Assembly: GCA_002256025.1 (NCBI GenBank)
Contig: NKIB01009642.1
Location: 1 to 64,000, forward strand
Source of the DNA: Asterionella formosa
Taxonomy: Eukaryota
DNA: 64,000 bases
Reading direction: 5' to 3'
Positions within the stretch are counted from its first letter, which is position 1, and the number at the start of each line of letters is the position of its first letter. The notes under the pieces were generated by a model, which saw only the letters and a list, made by a program, of their open reading frames with translations, was not told where the DNA came from and made no database searches. Below, piece by piece: positions 23,265-35,234 of this stretch. The translations under genes were made by a program, and so were the position numbers.

Positions 23265-26200
23265 ATTAACTTTCAAATCGAGTGATGGAACTAGGAAACA
23301 ACGATAACCAAGAGTGAGAACCGTGGAGTACAGCAAGGACGAGATGGACGAAGGACAAGGCCTGCCAAGGTAATCTTTTTCATGTCCAAAAATAAAATGT
23401 ATTCTTAATGCTTCATTTTAAGCATGATAGGACAGTGATCAGCTGCGGTACCTGGTACCTTGTAGTATGTAGAAATACCAACAGCACACCACCGATGAAG
23501 TGATGGCGGTGACAGCATGACTCTGATGGTCGTCGTACAGCATACCGGTATCAGGTACTAACGTGGTAATGTACCGGTAGTCTGGTACCAGGTACCAGTA
23601 CCAGTGAGCAATCCCGCTCAACTACACAAACCCCTACAGGGTTAAGGTTACATAGATTATATAGAACTCTATCAGGAGAGAACTTGACTAAACCTATTGA
23701 ATACTTTTGTGTCGACCTAGGAGAACAAGTTGCATACAAGGATTAACTATTATAAGCTCATATATTCAGCAAATACTACTACTTCTAGTTGGATATTTCA
23801 CTTTGAATTCAAAAAGAGGAGTCAAATACTGGGACTTGAGATCAAGGATTACAACATACATAACATCAAGGCTCAGAACTTTCTTTTATACCTAAAAATT
23901 CAACATTTGGAGTCTTTCAACCAAGATTTGATCAATGGATGCTCAGTGGAAGCTTTGTTGCAAATCTTGGAAATGGAAAGAATTCATCAGCTCAAAATGC
24001 AAGAAAATACCTCAACATCCTTTTGTATTATCATTAATGGACAAATAACATTGCGGCATCAACTTTTTGTGGCGAAACAACAGGGTAATCAGGTGAAAAA
24101 TGGAATATTAGAAATTACTCATTAATGTATTAAAAACCAATATAGCTTTTGAGATTCATTCTTATGTGGCAAAACAATGGCGTTAGAAATTCTCATATCT
24201 CAAGAAATATTAATGCACTTCACCGAAGTTTTACAATTAGACCTAGTGGTACCTGACAGGAAGGCAGCCCAGAGCAAAAAAATTCTTCATATACTTGCTT
24301 GAACATTACCGTGAAATTGGACCGGTTTGAGCCGTACCATATGTAGGGTAAAATACTGATGACTCTCAGTTTTTAGTTGGTTGCTGAAGGCAATACACGC
24401 CCGAGGTGGTCTCTTGTTCCCTGCGAGTATATATGTGTTTGAGGCTGGGTGGCACGAGAAGGTCATCCTACGAGTGCCATCCCAGCCAAGTACACATGTA
24501 TGCGAGAAGGCAAGTAGCCGCCAAGAAGGGTATTGTTGTGGCAGTTCCCGCTCTAGCATCGTCGTGTCATTCGCTTACCTACTGCCCACAAGTAAAGCAT
24601 GCTGATAAATGTCAATTTAAGCTTACTATTGGCCATATTATAAAGTATTTTTCGTTTATTTCCTATCTTCACATCGAAATTTGCAATGGGTCTATATTTT
24701 GTATATTTCCTATGTTCGCATTTTGGCATTACAATTTGCAGCAATGCATTGCCCCTCGGTTTTCCAGCCCTGGGATTGCTGAGATTGGCTAGGGGCTACT
24801 TAAGGAAACCATTTTATACTTTTTTCAGATTTTGGTAATTTATATCTCGAATTCGCCACATTTTTGTTCCTCTCCTGAAAAGTGGACTCCGGCAATTCAC
24901 CTTTCACCATGCCGATCGTCGTCCATCATGACCGGTTTGAAGCGAAATCAGTTCACTGATGATGCCAGTAGCGATTCATTGTCTAACGGATGCGGTTGGT
25001 TGTTGTATTGCTTGTCTACTTGAGGGATTCATGTAGTGGCATCGTCCATATTTCGTCGGACAAATGATGATATCGATACATCTGATGTTGGCGGCAAGTT
25101 TTTGTTCCGGTCATGCATGTGATGATGCTTAACGGATATTCTACTGGTAGTCATCTAGCCTACATATGCACGTGGTACTCGAAACAACCATGCATGGTTT
25201 AAGCTAAACTTTAATGTTTACTTTGAACACATTATAATATTATCGTTGTAGACTTGGTATGATCTTTACGAGACCAGAATGTTAAATTATATCGTTCACA
25301 TTTTGATTGATTTTACATATGTATGCCCAATTTCGTCCTCACAATTATAATTCTCACTCTATCCTGCCTGCCATTGCTCTATTCGGGCTTGCAACAGGCA
25401 ACGTTTGTCTTTCTTTGATCCTATCATCTGCTGCTTGTTATGCTAGCTGAAGCGGATGGGTGAGTACAACAGTGAAACACTGAATGTGGATTGTAGATCC
25501 TATTTATCGAATTTCCGATTTGATTGCTTCCATGGTCTGTTTTGATCGCTTCTGTTGTTGTTTGTTGTTCCGCACTGCTGTTTTGATTCAATTTTATCTA
25601 TCTACATAAGAACCAATGTATTTATCAATGACTACTCGTTGAAGATGTATTATTGTGCCATTGTTGATTTGTATAGCTAGTCATTGACAATAATGTCAAT
25701 ATTGCCGCCAAGCAACGCTTTTCTTGTACTAATGCGCTTTGCTACATTTCTACTACTACGAGTCCATATCAAAAGCTACGTATATTCAGCTAGAGGGATT
25801 CGATAGTGCTGGAGCAGCCTGGCGATCATACTCAATCCGAATGGATTGGAATGGAACAATGATCAGGGTTGTTTGGTGGTGGGAGGAACAACTGTTGGCA
25901 GAAGGACCACCGCAACTTGTGTCAGGCTAGTACTACAGCAATGTGAATGGTTGCAACAACCAGATCATCTACGCTGCAACAGCCAGATCATCTACACTAC
26001 ATCACGAGGCCGATGCAAGGCTAAATTACTAGTTTCAGCTTTTTTCGTTCTTATTTCGGTCTTTGATTGTGTGGTGATGGAAATTCAATTGCCTGCTGTG
26101 TAAAGTGCTACAATGTCACAATGCATACTATGTCTCCATTGAAACTCCTATTTTTTACTTCATTTCTAACCCAAAACAATTTTTTCTATTTCTCATTTGA

Positions 26201-26875
26201 CACTAGTACTCATTACATCGCATTTCATACTTTGGTTGCTCCAAACATTATGTTCAATTTTCATTAATGCTGCATGTTACAATCATTCTGGTGTGTTTTA
26301 CGCTTGTTGTATCATCTCTAATACATATTACCGTTATTCTGGCTGACATGTTAAAATCGGCAATTTAAATGCCGAAAAATCGATGTGCCCCATATTGCCC
26401 ATAAAACAAATTACTTCAAGGCAAAAATTACGTAGAAGTACCCGAATGGCAAGACAATAGCTGGAGCGGGAATTGCCTACTCGGTAATAATAGTCCTGCT
26501 TCTATCTTACGGTGTTCTCTCCATCCAATAATAGTTGAACGGTAGTTTATTGGCTGGTGACGAATGTACCGGGGTTTGAGTGACGCACAAACTGACACCT
26601 TGGATGACACCATCTATCACATGAATTTGAAAGGTGAGCGGAAAGGTGAGTGGTGACGAGGGCGATGTGGAGGAGCAGGAGTACGGTAGAATTCTCCGTT
26701 CCTTGGACTTTTATCAATCGATCGCTCACCAGTGTCTCTTCGTCGTCACTTCCATCGCTCCACCATGCATCACATTTAGACATCACCCATCACTTTTCTG
26801 ATTTTTTTCAAAGCACAGCACACGTTCAGAGTAGACTTTTGGAACCTTCAATCCCGATTAAATAACAGAGCGAGA

Positions 26876-28176
26876 ATGATCCCTGGAATAGTCTTCTACA
26901 ATCCACTGACAACCGGGGCCGCGGTGCTCTCCATTCTCGTTCTAATTGCATATTCGTGGCCCCTTCCTGAATGGAATGACGAGGTCTCGGTGGCGTTCCT
27001 CGGCAACTCGATGCAGTACTTCAATGACTTCCCGAGGTTTATGGAAGTGCTGAGCGGTGGGAAGATTTCCCAGTCATCTTGCTTGCATGGAGATTCTACC
27101 ATCCCAAACATGCTCAGGAACGGTAAGTCAGTGCATTCTGCTGCGAGCCAATGAACTTGGTGTACCGACGCTCACTTTCGCTCCTAACAGGAAACGGCAT
27201 GTTCGGGAAATGGAACACCTCCGATGCTCTTATTAAGGGATTCCATGGAGAAGAAATCTTTGACTATGGTGCCTGTAGTGTTCCTCAGTTGTTGATGGGC
27301 AAGGATCCTGTCTTGACGGCGTATGACGGACGCGGTGATTACGAGGAGTTCCTCGATAGCCACAACGAGACATACTACGCCGATGGGACAAACCCGTGCT
27401 ACGAGGACCCTGTATACCTCGAATTCGCCATACAAAAGTATCATGAGGACAACCCGAATCTTCCAAAATGGGACTTTGTCGTCATCAATGACAATACCCG
27501 TTCCCCGGCGGAGTACGAAACACGACGACTGGCGCTGCATGTGTTGAATTCAACTTTTGTCGATTGGTTCAAGCACACAGGAGCTATTCCTGTATTTTGG
27601 TTTACCTACGGATATTGGACTGAACTGCGGAACACTTCCAATTTCAAAGATGTTCCAACCTTTACTTCCTTGACCTATGTTGGCTATCGTAAATACGCCG
27701 ACCTGGTTGGGGATCAGCTGCCAGAAGCACAAAAACCCCGAATTGCACCCATCGGATTTGCCTTTTTGACGATTTGGGAAGAGAACTATGACTTTTGGTT
27801 GACTCTGTTTCATTGGGATTATATCCACCCATCGCCAGCTGGAACCTACTTGGAAGGACTTATCATGCACTATACACTTTATGGTCATTTGCCCAAGAAG
27901 TCCGACGTTATCTTGGACGATATGTCAACTTTGTGGCGAACAGCGCGACTCATGGGACCAATCGCAGATCCTCCCAAGCCATTCCCAACGAGAGAGGAAG
28001 CTGTTTATTTGTTTCGTATTGCCCAACGAGTCACTCAAGAGGGTCATATCCCGTCAAGTTTCATAATGTATGAAAATGGTGAAGCTGCCGACGGTGATAG
28101 TATACTTACGGATGCCGATGAATCTAACCGGCCAATGAACAGGAAGAAAAAAATTATCTATAAACAAGGCGCCTGA
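26876..28176 (+). CDS. SGNH-like hydrolase with N-terminal membrane anchor, 2 exons (26876-27122, 27191-28176)
   Basis: FLGNS block I, WDFVVIND and DYIHPS block V. 68-nt intron 27123-27190. Confidence 0.75.
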
Positions 28177-28562
28177 TATCTGAACATTGAAATAAATCCT
28201 GTCAATGATATGAAAAGAATATCCTTATAAAGCAATCCCCTGCCAATTCATTTACTGGTGGACTTCAGACTACTGATTTATTTGGGTTAGAATGAGTTTG
28301 AGTTGATTCTGGATTATAACTTGGAATAATACAAGTCTAGGTCCCCAATACAACTCCTGGTATATTTCTGGTTTCCTCTGTGTCATCAGCAGGATGGATA
28401 TCCAACAAAGAAGAATAGTAAACTTTTGATCCCGGTAGGTAGGCACCATCAGGTAAACATATACTTATGCATCCTTCATACAACATAGGAAAAACATGAA
28501 TTTGCAACCTTCATACCATGTATTATACAACCGGTATGTGCATGGTACCCTGGTACCAGGTA

Positions 28563-29397
28563 CCACTAAAAAACTGCATTGACCCACTGTTTTATCCCAT
28601 TCGTTTGATTAGTTCGACTAACACTTAGCTCCCCTCTCTCTGAAATCTGTTTGGAAGTATCGATGGCATAAGGAAGGCGTCGGTACATTAGCATCCTTTT
28701 CCTAGTTAAATTGAACATCTGGTTCAGAAGATATTTATATACATCTAGACGTAAAATTCAGTCTCAGTGGGTCAATGGAGTATATGAAATTTTTTATCAT
28801 ACCTGAAAGTAATTTTATATTCGTTGGTGAACATGGATTACCGGGTATCCTGTTTGGTTCAACGCGAAAACCCATAAAATGCATGATGCTCCATACATGA
28901 TAGCCGTACATTGTACAAGTACCGGTACCTTGTACAATAGATGTACAGTATCAGTATTGTACACAGCCACGGGTACATATGGATAGGTACCTGGTACAAG
29001 GCATCAGGTACTCCGTACCACTTATGATGGTCTGCCTACATACATATTGGTATTACACAACTGCACCGGGTTTCATCAATTTTTATTTACTGAATTATTA
29101 TTAACAAGGTTATGGATAAGACATAAAATGCGAAAAATTTATATTTATCGTTGCAAACAATATAAGATGAGAACTCCCAACCTTGGAATAATCCGTGCTT
29201 TTCACTTTTTCTTTGATTGCCACTTTTGACCTAAATTAACGAAAGATCGACATCCAATCGGTTGAGAACTAACAGCATGACTCCATCCGGTATATGCACA
29301 ATATACATTCTGGAGCTTAAGAAATAGAAAATGAATGATTTTTCATAACAAAACGTGTTTTTAATACTATCAGTGGGTCAATGCAGTTTTTAACTGG
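28563..29397. mobile_element. Non-autonomous TIR element A (835 bp, CCA...TGG ends, TA flanks)
   Basis: Left ccactaaaaaactgcattgacccactg versus right-end reverse complement ccagttaaaaactgcattgacccactg (2 mismatches). A partial internal copy of the TIR lies at ~28766. Confidence 0.85.
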
Positions 29398-29399
29398 TA

Positions 29400-32300
29400 C
29401 CACCTAAAAACTGAGAGTCATAAAAACTTTCAGTTTTGTACTGCTAGCGGATTCTTTCCGGCTAGACTGATTTCAGTCTAATAGACTGGATTCAGTCTGG
29501 GTTTTCAATCCCTTGCCCCTAGCTCAATTCAACGGATATTTTGTTTCTGAAAAGTTAAAACTAAATCTAAAGAACTGTATGTTTCTGGAGGTATGAATGG
29601 CAATAAGCTTATATATATGTTTAAAAAATTTCAGATACATGCTGAGAAGTCTGCATGCCAAAAAATCTCAAAAATATCTGTGCAGGATGGCGCGAAAACA
29701 AAATTTGACAATGGGCAAAGGTGCCGTCGTTTCATGCCTTTCCAAAGTACATTCACCCATCTCTGTGGGTCCAAAATCATCATGTGAACATCTCAAAAGG
29801 CCATCAACTTGAAAGAATGACATTTCGGCAGAGGGAGCTCAAGGAAATCAGAGGTAAGGATGCGATGGCCATTATGGTCACTGCTCCTGGGACTGTAGAT
29901 GATGTTCATATAATTGTTCTTTGCTCGTCGGAAATATTTGATATCCGCATCGTCATTTGCTTGTTGGAACTGTCCGTTGCCTCAAACCTGCTTGGAGTGT
30001 GCGTACACACACTGCTGACTTGTTTTCATTGGTATGTTGATCTTGTATTCACTGTTGAACTTGTCTGCATCTTTGTTACCATCAATAGAGCGACAAGTGT
30101 ATCTCTTCATTGTTGTTTGCTCCTGGAAAAGTCGGTGTCCATGTCATCCTCATCAATAGAGGGACAAGTGTCCTTCATCATTGCGGTTTGCCACTGGAAA
30201 AATTGGTACCCATGGTATCGTCATTCGCTTGTTGGAACCACTGTCCGTTGCCTCAAACCTGATTAGCGTGTGTGTACCGGTATCCTCAACCATCAGCCAT
30301 CTCGTTCATTGTCATGTCTTTTTTCCTTGTTATAGCTGTATTTATGCCGGCATGTGTATTGTGTAAACACTACGCTGATGGAACATGCATATTACACTGC
30401 TGTGCTCTGTTCAACAATTACTACACTCGGTTACCATCACACCATTGAATATTTTCGAATTGTCTATATGCGAATATGATCATCTTAACAATACCAGACG
30501 TTCCATATTGAGAGTGCCTTTGATTTTTATAAATGTACGACACTTGATATATTTATGTATGTACAAATTTTATAACTATATACATGGCAAATATATTTGA
30601 AATCGTTCTGTCATGTTAACAAACAATGCCTGCTTCATGAAAAGAAATATCGTAAAGCACATGACAAGAAAGGAAAGTTTACGCAATAACGAAAAACATT
30701 GTGGCTTCGACACATTGCGCCTTCGAAGGATGAAGTATGTTTAAGGTAATGAAGCCATCAATGTGGTACTTGGATGAAAATCGTTGTGAGGCAGGACAAC
30801 AACAAATTGTTAACTAAACGCACATTTCCTTTTTTCTCAGTTGAATCAACAGCTCGTTTCGCTTGTTGGGGAGCACCAATGTAAAACAAAACAAAGCAAA
30901 ATTGGTAAGTGCTCTTGTCATTGGACTTTTTCACTTATGATGGAACATCACTGACGGACACGCCACTTTACCTTCTCTCAAAGTTAAGCTAACGAAAATG
31001 AATCGGTAAGTTTTATTCGGCAACATTGGAAACATGAAACTTACTTATTCAAGGATATACTGACAATTTACTATTACAGACTTATACATCACTTGCTTTG
31101 ATTTGGCTGTGGTAAGTGAAGCAAGCAAGAGGATACAATGGAATGGCGTGATGTTGTGTCAGTGTAACAGCCATGTCTAGCTAACAAGTCGTTCCTTCTC
31201 ATTGTTACTGTAACTGCATAAGACAATAAAACCGATCAAATGGAATAGCCGGCGAGTTCAGAATGCCACTAACAGCAGGGAGAGAGACGCAACATTAGTA
31301 AGGCATTGCTTGGCACAAGATTCAGAAAAGAGGAAGAAGATAAGGGCGAGACAGGAACAATATACATTGAGCCGAGTAGAGAGAGAAATGTTGGGTTGCT
31401 GGCATGTAGATTAATAGATAGCATTGCTAAATTTGATAGTTAAATTACGATCCATTTCAATCTATTTTGAGCAATGCTTGTGATTAGAATTATGATCATG
31501 TTTATGATAGATTTACGATGAAATAATTTAAATGATAGCATAGAGTTGAGCTGATTTTAGGATGCGTTGTAGTAATAATTTACATTGGGCAATCACGAGA
31601 ATTGAAAATAATATGAGAAGGTTTATGATGTTGATGAGTAATGTTGTTGATCAGTTGATATACATTGTGTGATGATAATGTTCTTATTATCATTATACTT
31701 CAAGGTCGGTAAAATATTAATAAATCATCATAGTTATTGGATAACTTGATCATAATTTTGATCCAAAAATTATCATATATATGAATATCCTGTGCCACTT
31801 AGTGTACGATACCCTTGATCCTATATGCATGATACTTTTTATTTGCAGATGTAGGAACCGTTGATGCTTCTTTCCTGTAATTTAAACAAGTAATTGCCTA
31901 TTTTTTCCTTTGTTTGGCTGATACTCATGTCGAAAAATCATCACCTTTCTGCCAGAAGAAATCTCGACCTCCTTTGCTTCCAAAGATAGATTTGGAAACA
32001 CCTTATTGAGATACCTTATCAATATATTAGTATTAAGGTTTAAATTATCGCCAAGGGAGTGCTTTCATGACGATATTCCCTGAATTGATTGACCAGCAAC
32101 CAAATACCATGAATGGCAGGGTCGCTGATAGCAGCCATACCTGATATTGCTACAACTTTTTGAATATCATGTGAAAAGTGATTCCCCAAAAGCGTTCCAC
32201 TCATGACTAGAAGAACGCATCTAAAAGCCTTTGGGGAGTCACTTTTGCGCAAATAATGGCAGCGATATTGAGCAACATGGTGTGGTGATCAAAGCGAACA

Positions 32301-33506
32301 AATTGGCGTGATATTCCTTAAACCTATAGAGATAAGGATAACATTTTGTACCACTTCTACATGGGCTACTATAATAATTTTTTTGATGCAACCAGCCTTA
32401 GAGCCTGGGCTACATTTAGGCTGAAACTTACGGTGCCCGAAATACGAAGATCGAATATTGCGAAGCTATCGCGGCAAAATCTTCGATCTTTGTATTTGGG
32501 AAATTTTGTGGCTGCCTAACAGTCCCGAAGATTAAATAGTACGTCAATCCATGCGTCAAATGTCCGATCTCGTGAATTGAAATTTATTCCTACATGAAAA
32601 TTGGTAGTCTCGTCAGTAGGAATATTATAGTAATTAATTATATTGCAAATCGTCAACACTCAATGCTCCATCATTGTTGTTGCTGTTGTTGTAAGGTAAT
32701 CGGCCTTCACATCCTCTCGGCCTATCTCCTTTCTCCTCTCCCACCACCAGTATCCCCCTACCATCACAATGACGACTCAGAGGTCATTTCATTCTTTTTC
32801 GCTTAGCAGATGTTGTTGGATGGCGATAGCTGATTCCCTCATTCAGATTGAACTTCCAAATGAAACTGAGAAACCAGCTCATTTCGCAACGCAGCTGGCA
32901 AGGCAGCTGGTAGTTGCCATGACAACCATTGTTGCTTCCATGGCTGTACACACTGTTGATAATGTGCCAGGAAGGTTGATGATAGCATTGGCGGAGTCGT
33001 CATGTTACAAATTATTTAATCATAAAAGAAATATTCAAAGTAAGGATAATTATATTTTAATATGTAATAATAATGACAATAATGCTACAAAAGAAGTATC
33101 GAATACTATGTCATCAGTATATGTGATGACAATTATATATTGTTTCCGCCATACTGATTGGTGGAGACAATCTTCGTTTGCCCGAATATTAATCTTCTGG
33201 AAACGAAGATTGTTCAAGAAAATACGAAGATTGGGTGAATATCGGGGATGACCCTCGAAATATTCGGGCGAACGAAGATTAATCTTCGTAATCGGGGGGG
33301 ATTTGCGAGTTATTTAGCCCTCAAGGGACGAAAATACGAAGATTAAACGCCCAACAGGTTATCCGGGCGACTCAATCTCCGTAATTCAGGCATCGTAAGA
33401 CGGGGCCTTAGTCACGTACTTGATTTCTTGTCACCATAAAATTTGACCAAAATATTTTGAGTCGAAACATGGTGTAAACTTTATATGACTCTCAGTTTTT
33501 AGGTGA
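29400..33506. mobile_element. Non-autonomous TIR element B (~4.1 kb), related to element A and abutting it
   Basis: Perfect 22-bp inverted repeat cacctaaaaactgagagtcata (29401-29422) / tatgactctcagtttttaggtg (33484-33505), with TA on both sides. No transposase recognised. Confidence 0.85.
32419..33407. mobile_element. PIF/Harbinger-like non-autonomous element nested in element B
   Basis: TTA|GGC...GCC|TTA. Imperfect TIR cttacggtgcccgaaatacgaaga versus cttacgatgcctgaattacggaga. Repeated subterminal (aaat)acgaagat motifs at both ends. Confidence 0.75.
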
Positions 33507-33713
33507 TACCTGGTACTCCGAGTACCCCACCAGGTACAGCTACGGTGCCGTATTTGCTTACCGGGTAACAAGATTCGCCTTCAAGTCATTGCTGATCATA
33601 GTTCTCAATCAAGGAGAAACGCAAGCATTCATCTCTCAGGCATTGAGACAAGCAAACCCAATAACTCACCAGCGGGAATGTATACATTCGACTCTCCAAC
33701 AATTGGGTGCAAC

Positions 33714-34442
33714 ATGAGAATCGCCGTAGTACTTCTTTCTTCGCTTGTAGTAGGCTCCCAGGCTTTCATAGTAGCCGGTAAACAAAACACGAAATTCTCT
33801 TTCAAGGAGCCTTTGAAAGAATGGCTTGGACAAGGACCAGATGGATCCAAGAAGCGCAAGTGTCTACGCTGTCCAGAAACAACGAGGGAAGACACTGATT
33901 TGGACAGACGAGAAGCATTATTCGCGATGGTCGGAACTTTGTGGGCTTCCACATCTACTTTTCCACCTGGCCCCGCAAATGCTTTGTATGGAGCTGATGC
34001 AAAGATTGAGCTCCCAAACATAGTGGATGGGATGACACAACGAGTCAACCAGCAGTGCCTGGTCGAGTCGCTAGGAAACCGTGAGTGCCTCGTGTACATG
34101 GATCCTGCCAATAAACTATATCAAGGAGCAGACAGCCGAATTCTGCTACAACGAATCGAAACAGCGAGTGAGGCTTTGGCGACTATTCCATCGTTGGTTG
34201 AAAGCAAAAAATGGAGCCAAATTAATGGCGTTTTGACTGGGCCATTGGGGACGTTGCTGTCCACCATGAGCCAACTAGCGGCCATGTCTGAGAATGGAGC
34301 CAGCGCCAGCGAACTTGCCAAAAAAACAAAGATCGACATTTTTGCTATAGATGCAGCAACTGGAAGGAAGCAAGGCGACGCCACATTAAAAGCACACAAG
34401 GATGCCACCGAAAGCTTGGTATCATTTATCAAAATGTTATAA
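33714..34442 (+). CDS. PsbQ-like thylakoid lumen protein
   Basis: Signal peptide ending SQA-F, twin-Arg RREAL with hydrophobic stretch and ANA site, then a helical domain IPSLVESKKWSQINGVLTGPLGTL. Confidence 0.6.
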   Translation: MRIAVVLLSSLVVGSQAFIVAGKQNTKFSFKEPLKEWLGQGPDGSKKRKCLRCPETTREDTDLDRREALFAMVGTLWASTSTFPPGPANALYGADAKIELPNIVDGMTQRVNQQCLVESLGNRECLVYMDPANKLYQGADSRILLQRIETASEALATIPSLVESKKWSQINGVLTGPLGTLLSTMSQLAAMSENGASASELAKKTKIDIFAIDAATGRKQGDATLKAHKDATESLVSFIKML

Positions 34443-35234
34443 CGAGAGCGTTCGCCATTGATTCGACTTTCCTCTTCGCTCCATTTTTCATTTTCCACGA
34501 AGATGACCTCCTTGATTTTGCCTTGCTCGTTGATGGTATGCCACATCAATGAGTATGACATGGCGTTCAATTAAATTTCTCCTCCTCTTTCTGTACTTCG
34601 ATGTGCTCCATTGCATTATGGAATCAGTGTAGCCGCTGCAAAAATTTATCGCAGGAAGGGAAAGGATAAAGCGCGTTACGATTAACATGGTATTCTGATG
34701 CTGTACGAAAAACATTGGAATGAAAATTGATGCGCCTTTCAGTATCAAAAAGTATTGTAATATCCATAGAGTGGAAAGTGCCGAGGGAGCCAACACCTTT
34801 ATATGTATGTGTCATTTTCCTATTGATAAGGGCTTGCAGCTCAAATAGCTAAAAGTATTATTTTCGGTGCCGATTATTGAAATGCTCATTTGATCAGTTG
34901 ACAGTGAGACAGTAAGGAAACTAGAATGTAGCAACTTGACTGAAGTGGCTTCGGGACCAGCTGACAATGAGGGGGCGGGGGGGATAGATTGTGGCAATTG
35001 GGTTTCAGCACATCTTGCGTTACTCTCAATTCTGGCTCAGGTTGTTGTTAGCTTCGTTGTTCTCTGTGTCACCCTTCATATCGAAGTTTTTCCTCCGCAG
35101 CATTCTGCATTCATCAACAAAACGAATAGGAGCTTCTAATGCAGGTGACTAGCCAGTGGCATGCCTTTGCCAAATACAAGGAAGGATAACGTCCAATGTG
35201 CTATGGATTTGGCTATCTTACAGTCTTAATTACG

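Noticed and set aside
29721..30266. 181-aa hydrophobic ORF in element B
   Set aside because: Non-ATG start, no motif, and it overlaps an internal repeat; not supportable as a gene.
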